NCBI RefSeq assembly: GCF_001194135.2
Contig: NC_068983.1
Coordinates: forward strand, 112,275,906-112,339,905
Length of the DNA: 64,000 nucleotides
Reading direction: 5' to 3'
Source: Octopus bimaculoides
Taxonomy: Eukaryota
Shown here: in pieces, positions 24,571 to 36,479 of the stretch
How the letters are laid out: the number at the start of each line of letters is the position of its first letter
Numbering within the stretch: the first letter of the stretch is position 1
Notes under the pieces: model-generated
The model's database searches: none
Told to the model about the DNA's origin: nothing
Seen by the model: only the letters and a program-made list of their open reading frames with translations
Position numbers and translations under genes: made by a program

Positions 24571-25447
24571 NNNNNNNNNNNNNNNNNNNNNNNNNNNNNN
24601 NNNNNNNNNNNNNNNNNNNNNNNNNNNNNNNNNNNNNNNNNNNNNNNNNNNNNNNNNNNNNNNNNNNNNNNNNNNNNNNNNNNNNNNNNNNNNNNNNNNN
24701 NNNNNNNNNNNNNNNNNNNNNNNNNNNNNNNNNNNNNNNNNNNNNNNNNNNNNNNNNNNNNNNNNNNNNNNNNNNNNNNNNNNNNNNNNNNNNNNNNNNN
24801 NNNNNNNNNNNNNNNNNNNNNNNNNNNNNNNNNNNNNNNNNNNNNNNNNNNNNNNNNNNNNNNNNNNNNNNNNNNNNNNNNNNNNNNNNNNNNNNNNNNN
24901 NNNNNNNNNNNNNNNNNNNNNNNNNNNNNNNNNNNNNNNNNNNNNNNNNNNNNNNNNNNNNNNNNNNNNNNNNNNNNNNNNNNNNNNNNNNNNNNNNNNN
25001 NNNNNNNNNNNNNNNNNNNNNNNNNNNNNNNNNNNNNNNNNNNNNNNNNNNNNNNNNNNNNNNNNNNNNNNNNNNNNNNNNNNNNNNNNNNNNNNNNNNN
25101 NNNNNNNNNNNNNNNNNNNNNNNNNNNNNNNNNNNNNNNNNNNNNNNNNNNNNNNNNNNNNNNNNNNNNNNNNNNNNNNNNNNNNNNNNNNNNNNNNNNN
25201 NNNNNNNNNNNNNNNNNNNNNNNNNNNNNNNNNNNNNNNNNNNNNNNNNNNNNNNNNNNNNNNNNNNNNNNNNNNNNNNNNNNNNNNNNNNNNNNNNNNN
25301 NNNNNNNNNNNNNNNNNNNNNNNNNNNNNNNNNNNNNNNNNNNNNNNNNNNNNNNNNNNNNNNNNNNNNNNNNNNNNNNNNNNNNNNNNNNNNNNNNNNN
25401 NNNNNNNNNNNNNNNNNNNNNNNNNNNNNNNNNNNNNNNNNNNNNNN
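24571..25447. other. Assembly gap (877 N); other gaps at 4536-4619, 19858-19867, 23835-23908, 27053-27343, 28824-28833, 40149-40179 and 62270-63096
   Basis: Runs of N, mostly adjoining microsatellites or SINEs. Confidence 0.99.
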
Positions 25448-25448
25448 C

Positions 25449-25871
25449 GTAGAGTTCTACAAATTACATTCAGTGTATCCTTTCAAATGTCTTCAATCTG
25501 GCGCGCTAAGTCCGGAAATAACTCTGCAGTTAATAAAATTTTGCAGCTAATTTACCGGTTTGAGAACATCATTATTTAAAATTTATTAATAAGGGTAGAA
25601 ATTAATATTAATCAATTAAAACCAATGGTCTAGCATATTAAAAAAATCCGAAGATTAAAATTATATTACATACAAAAATAAGAGGAATGACCAGCAAAAG
25701 TGGACTCCTATATGCTAGAAATAGATGCCGAATCATCTAACCACGAAAAATATGTTCTCAGTAAAAGTTTAGCGACACAACAGACTGTAAAAGGGCAAGA
25801 CAAATGGAAAAAATACTAAATAAAAAAACGATTAACTTACGATACACTGAATGTATTTTGTAGAACTCTAC
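25449..25871. mobile_element. MITE / non-autonomous DNA element with 31-bp TIRs
   Basis: gtagagttctacaaattacattcagtgtatc (25449-25479) versus gatacactgaatgtattttgtagaactctac (25841-25871), one mismatch; left end abuts a gap. Confidence 0.7.
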
Positions 25872-26996
25872 ACGTGCTCCCTTTCGGGTGAACGTCTTGT
25901 GTCTAGTTCTCCAACATAGGTTGCTATTACTTCCCCTGCTCTACACTTGTTGACACTACTCTCTTACTATTTTAATGCTGACAACATATCATGCACACTG
26001 TCCGTCACAAGCAAACATCACTCTATGACTCTAGCAACCACTTATATTCCCTCTCCCCAGGTCACTCATTATTGACATCCTTCATATTCTCTCATCTCCA
26101 ACCATTTTCACACCTCTTCTACCAACTCCAATCATCATACTTTTCCCTTCATACTCTTTCCAACCTACTCTTCTTCCTTCCACTAGCATCGAAAACCATA
26201 AACTAACTTAGAAAAGTACATTTAGTATGTTTGTTTGTTGCTCTCTTTGATTATTATTTCTCTTTTCATATCCTAAATTTTTCAATGTTAATTTCGTATG
26301 AAACACTGATCCAGCAGACATTGGATCTGTCTAGGTTGATGTATCACCTGTTTAGAAATCTGACTTCTTTAAAATATTATCTGATCATGGTGGATTTTAT
26401 GATATAATGCATTTTTTTTTATGAATGCATTAATTAAATCCTACTGAAACAGCTGTCATAACTTTTAAGCACTATTTGTGCTTGATGTGTGTGTGTGTGT
26501 GTAATTACTGTTTCAATAATGATTCTTCTGTATATGTACATGCACATTGATGGTGTAACCACCATATGTGTCACTTTAGATGTAACAAACTCAAGAATGT
26601 GCAAATACAACTACACTTAACTCAAAATGTATGGCTATATCAACATGGATACATATATATCCTGTCTCCTCTCATCACACGAACTTTTGGATTCCACCTT
26701 CTTTCCTTCTGGATCTACTCTTTCTGGACTGTTTGATTATGAACTTTATACCCTCCGGCTGCACCTCTCCTAGCCACGGATTACACTGGACCCATCTTCT
26801 GATTGGAAATCGCTTCAATATACCACGACGTCTAAAAAACTTTTGAACTTTTCCACTTTTGTAAACCTCCTTTATCATCTTTTTTTTATCCTTAACTTCC
26901 GGTCAGCCATTGTTATGATCAGCCATTATTATGATTGACCGTTGACTGGACACTATTCAATTTTTTTTCTCCGTGTTTTTCTCCTTGTCTCCGTAT

Positions 26997-27033
26997 TCTT
27001 TCTGTTGAAGAGCGTAGCTCGAAACGTTAAAGA
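26997..27033 (+). ncRNA. Hammerhead-like motif with variant core CUGUUGA (HHR6)
   Basis: UCUUU CUGUUGA A GAGC GUA GCUC GAAA CG U U AAAGA. Stem I 5 bp, stem II 4 bp, palindromic ACGU helix III; A6 replaced by U. Confidence 0.55.
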
Positions 27034-27343
27034 CTTTCCGTATTCCCGAGCGNNNNNNNNNNNNNNNNNNNNNNNNNNNNNNNNNNNNNNNNNNNNNNNN
27101 NNNNNNNNNNNNNNNNNNNNNNNNNNNNNNNNNNNNNNNNNNNNNNNNNNNNNNNNNNNNNNNNNNNNNNNNNNNNNNNNNNNNNNNNNNNNNNNNNNNN
27201 NNNNNNNNNNNNNNNNNNNNNNNNNNNNNNNNNNNNNNNNNNNNNNNNNNNNNNNNNNNNNNNNNNNNNNNNNNNNNNNNNNNNNNNNNNNNNNNNNNNN
27301 NNNNNNNNNNNNNNNNNNNNNNNNNNNNNNNNNNNNNNNNNNN

Positions 27344-27568
27344 TGTGTGTGTGTATGTTTGTGTGGCTGTGTTTGTCCCCCTACCATTGCTTTACAACCG
27401 ATGTTGGTGTGTCTACATCCCCGTAACTTAGTGGTTCGGCAAAAGAGACCGATAGAATAAGTACTAGGCTTACAAAGAATAAGTTCTGGGATTGATTTGT
27501 TTGACTAAAAGTGGTGCTCCAGCATGGCTGCAGTCAAATGACTGAAACAAGTAAAAGAGTAAAGGAGT
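27344..27568 (+). mobile_element. SINE family B, 3' half (5' half in gap)
   Basis: Homologous to 14170-14377. Confidence 0.85.
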
Positions 27569-27672
27569 AAGTGGTCGTCAAAAGCAGAAATTGCTATGGG
27601 CTAATTTGAAGCCCAAACTGTTACAGAGTTTCTTCTATGCCTCTGTTTTGTGTAACTTGAGAAAAGGCTAAG

Positions 27673-28044
27673 TTACTCTTTTACATGTTTCAGTCATTTG
27701 ACTGTGGTCATGCTAGAACACCACCTTTAGTTGAAGAAATCGACCCCAGGACTTATTCTTTGTAAGCCTGGTACTTATTCTATCGGTCTCTTTTTGCCGT
27801 AATAAGTTTTCGGGGGCCATAAACACACCAACATTGGTTGTCAAGTGATGGTGAGGGGACAAACACAGACACAATGACACACACACATAAATATATATAC
27901 ATATAGGTTTCTTTTAGTTTCTGTCTACCAAACCCACTCACAAGGCTTTGGTTGGCCCGAGGCTACCAGTGCCATACAGTAGAAATGAACCTGGAACCAT
28001 CTGGTTGAGAAGCAAGCTTCTTACCACACAGCCATGCCTGCACC
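27673..28044 (-). mobile_element. SINE family B, inverted relative to 27344-27568
   Basis: Homologous to 4620-5019. Confidence 0.85.
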
Positions 28045-28293
28045 ATTTTTATTTTTAAAAATTTTGTTTATGATGGTGAACTAAATTAAATAACTATGTG
28101 TTTGGTATTGCTATTGTATAACTCAATCACATTCAGGTTTCTTTCTGTGATTTTCTCTTTTTTTTTTTTGGTGTTTTGCTTTTTGAGTTCAATTGAATTT
28201 AATACATCTCTCTTACTGTTGTCATTCAGCAGTTTATTACTGTTTTGCTGCTGGCAAAAATTTAATATGTAACATGAATGTATTGTCTGAGTG

Positions 28294-28346
<53 letters not shown>

Positions 28347-28833
28347 TTATCTATCTATCCATACATACATACATACATACATATATATGTTTGTGCGTAT
28401 GTGTGTGAGTAGATTATATACAACAATAAAAAGATAATGATATAAATTAAATTGCTTACAAGAATCTATAGACAAAACATACATGCTTGGCCTTATTATA
28501 ATCGCACCTGCGACACTTTTCCAAGCAACTGATAAACACATACATTCACACATACAAACACAGAAATTACACGCACATACACACACACATACAAACTAAC
28601 ATGAACGAATAGTTACATTATACAGAAAATTTATCATTCAAGCTAAAACATTTATCAAAAATTTGATCTACTAGAAATAGTAACTAAATCTTCCTAAAAT
28701 TTAATGTTACCCACTTTTTAAAAAAATGGATGCATTTTGAGGCTAGCATGCTTTGTATCAGATATCTTCTCTTCAAGGCTGACCTGAGGTTACTAACTTT
28801 TGTTTCATATGTATATATATATANNNNNNNNNN

Positions 28834-28958
28834 ACTACATTAAGGGTACACGTGTCTGTGGAGTGCTCAGCCACTTGCATGTTAATTTCATGAGCAGGGT
28901 GTTCCGTTGATCGGATCAACTGGAACCCTCGACGTCGTAAGCGATGGAGTGCCAACAA
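28834..28958 (+). mobile_element. SINE family A, 3' part
   Basis: Reverse complement of 2756-2880; begins at a 10-N gap. Confidence 0.85.
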
Positions 28959-28960
28959 AA

Positions 28961-29228
28961 ATAAATTTCTTTTACGGTCATCACTGGTGACGAATGCTGA
29001 TGCAATGGAATTTGCAGATTTGGAAGAGGTAAAGAAAAAAACAGCAGAATTGCTAAAAGACATCACTTCGCAAGAGTTCCAGCACTGCTTTGAATAGTGG
29101 AAAATGCACCTGGACCAAGGTTTTGCTTCAAATGGAGAATACTTTGAAGGTGATAAAAGTGTTAACATGTAAAACTAGATGAATAAAATAATATTGCAAA
29201 ATTCTGGGTTTTTTGGGGTACCCCCTTG
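28961..29228 (+). mobile_element. Mariner transposon, internally deleted C-terminal half and right TIR
   Basis: FTVITGDE (first catalytic Asp motif) jumps to EFADLEEVKKKTAELLKDITSQEFQHCFE*WKMHLDQGFASNGEYFEGD; TIR ttctgggttttttggggtacccccttg then TA 29229-29230. Confidence 0.9.
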
Positions 29229-29266
29229 TATGTTGAATAAAATCATAACAGGCGTGATTGTGTAGA

Positions 29267-29415
29267 GGCGCAGGCATGGCTGTGTAGTTAGAATCTTGCT
29301 TCCCAATCACATGGTTCCAATTTCAATCCTACCTTGAGCAGGTGTCTTCTATTATAGCCTCAGGCCGACCAAAACCTTGTGAGTGGATTTGGTAGACGTA
29401 AACCAAAAGAAGCCC

Positions 29416-29418
<3 letters not shown>
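29267..29418 (+). mobile_element. SINE family B, head only, followed by (GT)n
   Basis: ggcgcaggcatggctgtgtagttag...gaagcccattgtgtgt. Confidence 0.75.
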
Positions 29419-29455
<37 letters not shown>

Positions 29456-29814
29456 GTATGTGTACGAGTTAGTAGACAAATGAAAGAAGGGCACTCAACA
29501 CATTTATTGGGAGTTACATGTATAAATCAAAACAGTTTGACTCAGACTCCTTGGTACTTTGCTTTTCAAGCATGTGGCTAATCTTTGACCATTGGGATCT
29601 GAATGAGACTTTAGCTGAAGAGAGTCAATGTTTATTACTGAACGTAATTTGCCAGTGATTGATTGAGAAAGTCATGTAGTTTAGTAATTTGATGTCGATA
29701 TTTCAGCAACAACAATTAGTTGGAAAATATTGCATGGTGAACAGAAAATTGACCACATGGTGGATAAGAAATCGGTCATGTGGCTGGAGGGAAGTAGGAA
29801 GGGTCAGTAGATGC

Positions 29815-30260
29815 GGGGATGTATATGCATGTATGTACATGTATATGCCAATATATCTGCGTGTATGCATCCGTACTTACACGTATGTGCATATGTGCTT
29901 AGATATACATTCACACATCCACACACACATGCACACACACAAACACAAGCACACACACAGATACTGACATGCACATGCATAGATACAGACACGCACACAC
30001 ATGAAGCTACACACGCACATACCAACACACACACACATGCACACACAGATACATATTCACACAGACACACACATGCACGCACACCTTTATCTCCATGTAC
30101 ATATGCACACAAGCACACACACATGCATATACACACAAGTGCGAATGTGTATATATATGCACATGCATAGGTGCATGTGCATATATATACATGCACATGT
30201 ACACCACATGCACACATTTGTGTGCATGCATACGGCGAACAGATGCATATGTGTATAAAA
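29815..30260. repeat. Degenerate (CA)/(CATG)/(TA) low-complexity tract
   Basis: cacacacatgcac-type units; source of spurious His/Thr and Cys/Val ORFs. Confidence 0.85.
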
Positions 30261-30269
30261 AAACCCTTG

Positions 30270-31330
30270 TAAAGAAGGTAAGGTTTCAGCGTTATTTTAA
30301 CCCCTTTCTTAAATCCTTAAATGACTACATGACCAGTATTAAACAATCTCCCAATCTACACATCCTCACAGACAAAAGAAAAAATATTTATGAAACAAAC
30401 ATTTCCACACATTCAAGACTCCTCACAAGTGCCATAGCCCAAACATACAAAAACACTGGTAATTCCACATACAATGACATAAACACAGAAGCAAAGATGC
30501 TAGCTACACACCTTAAGACAGAGGATTGCATGAATCATCTTACCACACGACCCCCCCACTTTCAATATTACACTTAACCCTTTAGTGTTTAAACCGGCCA
30601 TATCTGGCCCAAATATTCTACATGTTTTATATTTGAACTAGCCATATCTAGCCTCTCACATCTAACCTACATAGACATTCTAAAATTAAATAATCACATC
30701 ATTGAAACCTCAAAGCTATGAGATAATGCGTGATTAATTCAAAACAATTTGAGTGAAAAAGCATTACATTTAACAGAGTAATCTGAACATCAAAGAGTTA
30801 AATACCATAAGCCTAATTTCCATTCCAACCCCAAATGCAAGCTGATCAACCCCTCTAAAAGTGAGATAAGTATCATTAGCAAGTGTATTCTCAATACTAT
30901 CAACTCTGAAATCAGAAGGGCTACAGGGTTGACTCAATGGAACTCCAGCACAACTGTAATAGACTGGTTCTTCAGTATCAAGAATAAATCAGCCTGCAAA
31001 TTCACCCAGTTCAACATTGTTGGCTTCTACTCACCATATCTAAGCCACCCACCTCCTAAAGGCCCTAGTTTTTGCTGGACAATTTACCAGCATTGGTGAT
31101 CTTGATACCAGAATCATCATGAATGCAAGAAAGTCAATTCTGATCCATGATGATCCCTTCTGGGGGAAGAAAGAAGATGATCCATTGTTTGATGTCTCTA
31201 TTGTGAGCTTTGACGGGGCTGAAATCACCAACCTTGTTGGGTTATATAATTTGGATATATATCCACAAGTGCTCAAACCACCAACCCGGCTGTAATTAGA
31301 GATCTGGTTTCAGGCATTAGTAAACAGATG
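30270..31330 (+). mobile_element. Penelope-like element relic (Neptune-type): N-terminal reverse transcriptase
   Basis: LHILTDKRKNIYE...AQTYK...NTEAK; ITLK|YHKPNFHSNPKCKLINPSKSEI; QWNSSTTVIDWF; FTQFNIVGFYSP; IMNARKSIL; LFDVSIVSFDGAEITNLVGLY. Frameshifted and interrupted by a MITE. Confidence 0.88.
30574..30801 (-). mobile_element. TTAA-flanked MITE (piggyBac-type) inserted into the PLE RT
   Basis: TTAA-ccctttag...caaagag-TTAA; reverse complement of 35611-35838; removing it plus one TTAA joins ATT ACA CTT AAA TAC CAT AAG. Confidence 0.85.
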
Positions 31331-32439
31331 TCTAAACTCTCAACCAACTTTAAGATCTTTAATAGGGCCTCACCCCATTACAACAATGCTTTGGCTGTAT
31401 ATATATATATATATATATAGGTAGATATATAAGTTTGTGTATTTGTGCAAGCATGTATGTAAGTATGTACATATGTGTATGCATTTATAAATACATGTGT
31501 GTGATTATGAATGAAGAAAACATTTTATTTCTTTATTTTACATGTTTTTATTTATTGATTTTTACGTGATGTAAGTTTACTCAAAATAAATTCTTCGAAC
31601 AATCAGTGTGCAACAGAGACAGAGAGAGAGAGAGAGTGTGTGTGTGCGTGTGTATGTGCGCACACACATTTAAGTACATTCATGTGGCATAGTTTATTTT
31701 ATGTAATGTAATTTTACTTTATAATTCATTCAATAGTTAAAAGCATATTTTTGTTTGTAGGTACTAAATTTCGTTCATAGTTCTAGTAAACTCTTCTGTC
31801 TTCCACTTTTAAGTTGCACTTAACATCACAGATTAAATTATAGTTCTCTTGAAAAGATACTTACAGCTACTCACAGTGTGTAAATAAACTAAGCAGATCT
31901 GATAAACATGCCTCCTCTTAACTATAACACAGACACTGGTCAATAAAATGGAGACCTTCCCATATTATCCCAATATATACTAAACTTAGCAAAAGCCTTC
32001 TGACTTTTTAAAGAATAGCATAGCATCTAAATGCTCTATTTCAATAGCAATTTTGTCAATCAAAAGAGGGATTAATTAAATTTGGATACTGCAAGGTGCA
32101 GCATTTGCATTGTGCCAAGCTATTTGAAAAGCATGTAAGCCTAAGGAAGCGTTGATAATGCATCTTCATACTTTGTTTCTGCTAATATACTGTGTGATTA
32201 ATAGACTAAATTTAATTGGTGTTTCACATCAGATTTACCAACTGTACTTATCACAGTTATTAGTTGCAGGAGTAATAACTGAACAATTTAGTTTCACAAG
32301 TTTTATTTCTACCTTTCTGTAGAGTGCTTAAAGAGGTATTTGCTTCGATTTATCTAATCCCCATTTCCCTTCATACATGTGTGTATCTCTGCCTCTCTAT
32401 CTCTTTCTCTATGTATATATTTATAAATATATATATACA

Positions 32440-32785
32440 TATGTTTTTAGAGGTTGTGGATAATTTCTGCTACTTAGGGGACCTAATTAGCAATCTAGAA
32501 GATTGTACAGAATGTATAATTGCTAGAATAAGAGTAGGGTGGAGAAAATTCAGCAAGCTTTTACCTCTGATGGCAACCAAAAGTCTCACTCACCGAGTTA
32601 AAAGAAGTTGGTATGATACATGTATATAAACAGCAATGTTAAAATGGTAGTGAGACATGGGCTAGGCCCTGAATGTAGAGGATATGTGAAGACTCAAGAG
32701 AAATGAAGACAGTATGCCCTACTGGATGTGCAATGTCAGTATATATGTGTGATTGAGCACTTGTGTAGTGAGAGAAAAGTTATAG
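32440..32785 (+). mobile_element. RTE LINE fragment (RT motif 7 and thumb)
   Basis: EVVDNFCYLGDLIS...IARIRVGWRKFSKLLPLM...RLKRNEDSM.YWMCNV. Confidence 0.8.
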
Positions 32786-32930
32786 CATTACAATGCTATA
32801 AAACAATGGCTTCTTCTGGGCATATTTGACTGCTATTTTTTTCACTTCTCTCTCTTCATTCGAGAGAAGTGAAGAAAATAGCAGTCAAATATGCCCAGAA
32901 GTGGCCGGTGTTTTATAACATCATAATGCA
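32785..32930. repeat. Foldback hairpin; core 40-bp arms with 9-nt loop
   Basis: 32813-32852 versus 32862-32901, one mismatch; imperfect extension to about 32785 and 32930. Confidence 0.9.
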
Positions 32931-33325
32931 CTTTAAAGGTGCAAATGTGGACAATAACAATTGGCCAAAATGTAACATAGGTGAAAAAATGTAAGAACTT
33001 ATTAACTGACTGCACTTTGATTAAAAGAAGGATTATTCTAAGTATATTCTCTATTTTCTTTAAACTACTAATTATTTATCCTATATCAAAAAGAATGAAG
33101 TCACCATACAGACAATTGGACTTTCAGAAGTGAAAGGTGCTAAAATGGTAAAACAAACCAACCAAGAATATTAGTACATAAACACAAGAATAATATCCAG
33201 AATCATCAATTGATAATAGTGCAAAACTGGTGCCTGCTTGGATAACATATCTCCACAAAAGAAAACTTCTTTACAAAGAAAAGTTTTTACTTAATATAGG
33301 CTCATATATATATATATATATATAT

Positions 33326-33397
<72 letters not shown>

Positions 33398-33400
<3 letters not shown>

Positions 33401-34125
33401 GTCATGTGGTGAGAATGGATGAGGATAGCTGTGTGGAAAAGTGTCACACTCTAGCAGTTGAGGGAACCTGTGGAAGAAGTAGATCCAAGAAGACCTGGGA
33501 TGAGGTGGTGAAGCATGACCTTTGAACATTAGGCCTCACCGAGGCAATGACTAGTGACCGAGACCTTTGGAAATATGTTGTGCTTGAGAAGACCTGGCAA
33601 GCCAAGTGAGATCATAAACCGTGGCCTATGCCAGTGGTATAACCATCTCACTTATGTGTACCTTTCCTTCATTGGACACTAAACTCTGCTTGCGAAGACC
33701 TGTTGAGGCAAGTGAAATCAAAATCGAAATCAAACTCGATGACAGCACCGCATGACTGGCATCCGTGCCATGTTGGTAGCATATAAAACGGCCATTCAAA
33801 CGTGATCGTTACAAGCATCACCTTACTGGCACTTGTGCCGGTGGCATGTAGAAAACAACATTCGAGCGAGGTCATTGCTAGTGCTGCTGGACTGGCTCCT
33901 GTGCAGGTGGCATGTAAAAAACATCATTTGAGTGTGGCCATTGCCAGTACCACCTGACTGGCCCTCATGCAGGTGGCATGTAAAAGCACCCACTACACTC
34001 TTGGAGTGGTTGGCTTTAGGAAAGGCTGGAGCCTGGTGCAGCCATCTGGCTCGCCAGTCCTCAGTCAAACCGTCGAACCCATGCCAGCATGGAAAGCAGA
34101 CATTAAACGATGATGATGATAATAT
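33398..34125 (+). mobile_element. RTE LINE 3' end (ORF2 C-terminus, 3' UTR, (GAT)n tail)
   Basis: YGHVVRMDEDSCVEKCHTLAVEGTCGRSRSKKTWDEVVKHDL; three gtggcatgtaaaa units; tail cattaaacgatgatgat. Confidence 0.85.
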
Positions 34126-34461
34126 ATATACATATACATTGAGAGATGTCCACCAATGGTGAACAGCTCTACTAATGTATATCTACACAGCAGTTACAGT
34201 CTGAAGAAAAGTTCATTTCAATATTGCAAACTTAAGAATTATGCTTAGAATGTTAAATTGTTCCTCTTTATATTTAGACAGACTATTGGTGAATTTGAGA
34301 GTTATGCATCTTGGCTATAGACACAACACATTGCCAATGGCAGGATATAAAACCACTAGCATCTCAGCAGGTTGTCCAGTAAACTTATTGACACAACCTT
34401 CATTACATTTATATATTCAATATAAGAAAGACAAATCTTAGTAGCAGAGTAGATTACTTAC

Positions 34462-34602
34462 GATGGTAACATTCGGTATAAAAGTTCATCAGTTTTCTTT
34501 TTCTCCTCTTCCAGTTGCATTGTTCTTTCTCGTACAATGTCTTCTAAATCTGTTGAATATTTTTCTAGCATTTTAAACATTGTGTCAACAAAATTTTGTT
34601 TC
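34462..34602 (-). CDS. Receptor guanylyl cyclase, internal exon (linker/dimerization helix preceding the cyclase domain)
   Basis: Acceptor ttttctcttctAG, donor GTAAGT; 141 nt, phase 2/2. [47 protein letters not shown] is the classic LE..V.ERT.QL.EEK.KTD.LLY.MLP helix of membrane guanylyl cyclases. Intron to the previous exon is 4,505 nt. Confidence 0.95.
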
Positions 34603-35610
34603 CTAGAAGAGAAAATAAACAATGCATTTATATTATTGATCATAAAAATGATAACAATAGGTACAGGCCTGATTGTGATAGGTGTAGATATGGCTGCATA
34701 GTTAAGAGGTTTGTTTCACAAGCATACGAGGATACGTCATTTGTTATAGCCATTGACCAACCAAGTCTTGTGAGTAGATTTGGTATAGGGAAATTGAAAG
34801 TAGCTCATCATATATTTATGAGTGTTTGTGTGGGTGAACGTTTGGATGTATGCATGTTTCAGTGTTTGTGTTTCCTTGCCTTGATATCATGTGATCATTA
34901 TAAATGAACATCACAAGTGGTGGCCATAATTTTCAATTTTCTTTGAAGATATATTCAACCATAGAGAAATATTATCTTGCTTTGAAGCAGGTGAGAGTTG
35001 GTAAGAGGAAGGTCATCTAGCTACAGAAAATCTGCCTCAATGAATATCGTCTGAGGCATACAAGCATGGTAAAGGGACATTAAACTGACAAAAAATTGCT
35101 GGAAAATTTTGTGCTTTTTATTGATAAATCTTGGTTGAGCTCCCAACCATTTCTTCTATCTTTTTCATTAACTAAGTACAACATTCTGTAGTAAGTTACC
35201 TTTTCTTTTTAGCCTTTTTCTCTATTATTAGTTTCAATCATTCGACTGTAGCCATTTTTGGACACTGCCTTCTAAAGTTTTAATGTAATTAATAATATAA
35301 ACTACAGTATGTATTTCTGTCTGGTATGTGTTTTATCAATCTATATTTATCATATCACTAAGTTGTGTTTCTTCTGACATGACACTCACTTTACTCTCAT
35401 GAACGTAGAGATTGTTAATTGTCTTGGTTAGAATTTGGTTAGATTGTAGACTGCTCACAATGCATCATGGTTTGCTTTACTAATATTAATCTAAATAATG
35501 AATCTGAATAAGTTTGGTCTCGTTAAAATCTTTTAACACAGAGTTACATTGAAGCTCATTGTCAGTGTTTAGTCCGGCTTCATCATGGAGGCATAAAGCA
35601 ACATTCTCCA

Positions 35611-35838
35611 TTAACCCTTTAGCTTTCAGATTAATTTGTCAAAAGTAATTCTTATTTATTCACATTTAAAAAAATTTATCTGATATTATTTTGTAGCTTC
35701 AAGATAGGAAAGATGTAATTGCTTATTTTTAGAATGACATTGCAGGGTAGGTGTGTGAGGCTAGTTCTGGCCAGTTTGAGCATAAAATGTGTAGAATATT
35801 TGGGTCAGATACAGCCGGTTTAAACACTAAAGGGTTAA
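35611..35838 (+). mobile_element. TTAA-flanked MITE (piggyBac-type)
   Basis: ttaacccttttag...ctaaagggttaa termini. Confidence 0.85.
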
Positions 35839-36479
35839 GCAAAGTTAGTGCTCGAGGTTAGCTCACACATTTCCATGCCTATAAATATATTGAGATTTTA
35901 AGACTATTCATGATATTTTAATGGTACTATTTCTGTTTTGCCATTGGTTTGTATATCAAACATATAAAACTATAAAGTGTATCAGATAAGAGATTAGTGT
36001 CATTATACATACCGAAAATTAAATACTATAAAAGAGTCTATCCATGAGGCTATTCAGAATTAATTGATTAATTGATTCTTTTTTTCAACAAGATGCCAGA
36101 AAGAAATACTTAACAGCTGATTCCTCTGTATAGAATAATTTTAAATGCTTTATATTTGACTGTATTTTCTCACAATTTAAAGTAATGAATAAAGAGGGGT
36201 TATAATCTAAATAGAAAATATTGCACAACTGTTAAAAAGAAAGAAAAGAAAACTAGGTGCAGGGTGCAGCTGCACAAGCATGTCTTGTGCAATACACAAA
36301 CATGCAGCAATGATAAATATTTTGAAAAATTATTACTAAAATTTTTGTGATTTATCATTCTGCAGCTGGCATTTTTGATATTGAATCATAAACATAACAT
36401 GCTTTCTAGCAAATATATATAAATTATAGCACATTGAAGACTTGTCTGTGTTCTGGGCTTTGAATTAATTATTAATATA

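Noticed and set aside
24425-25579. Long ORFs spanning N runs (also 26942-27460 and 62207-63226)
   Set aside because: Artefacts of assembly gaps.
34458-34461. Stop codon immediately after MLPS suggesting a natural cyclase-less C-terminus
   Set aside because: TAA arises automatically from a phase-2 GTAAG donor; the same happens at the 39108 exon.
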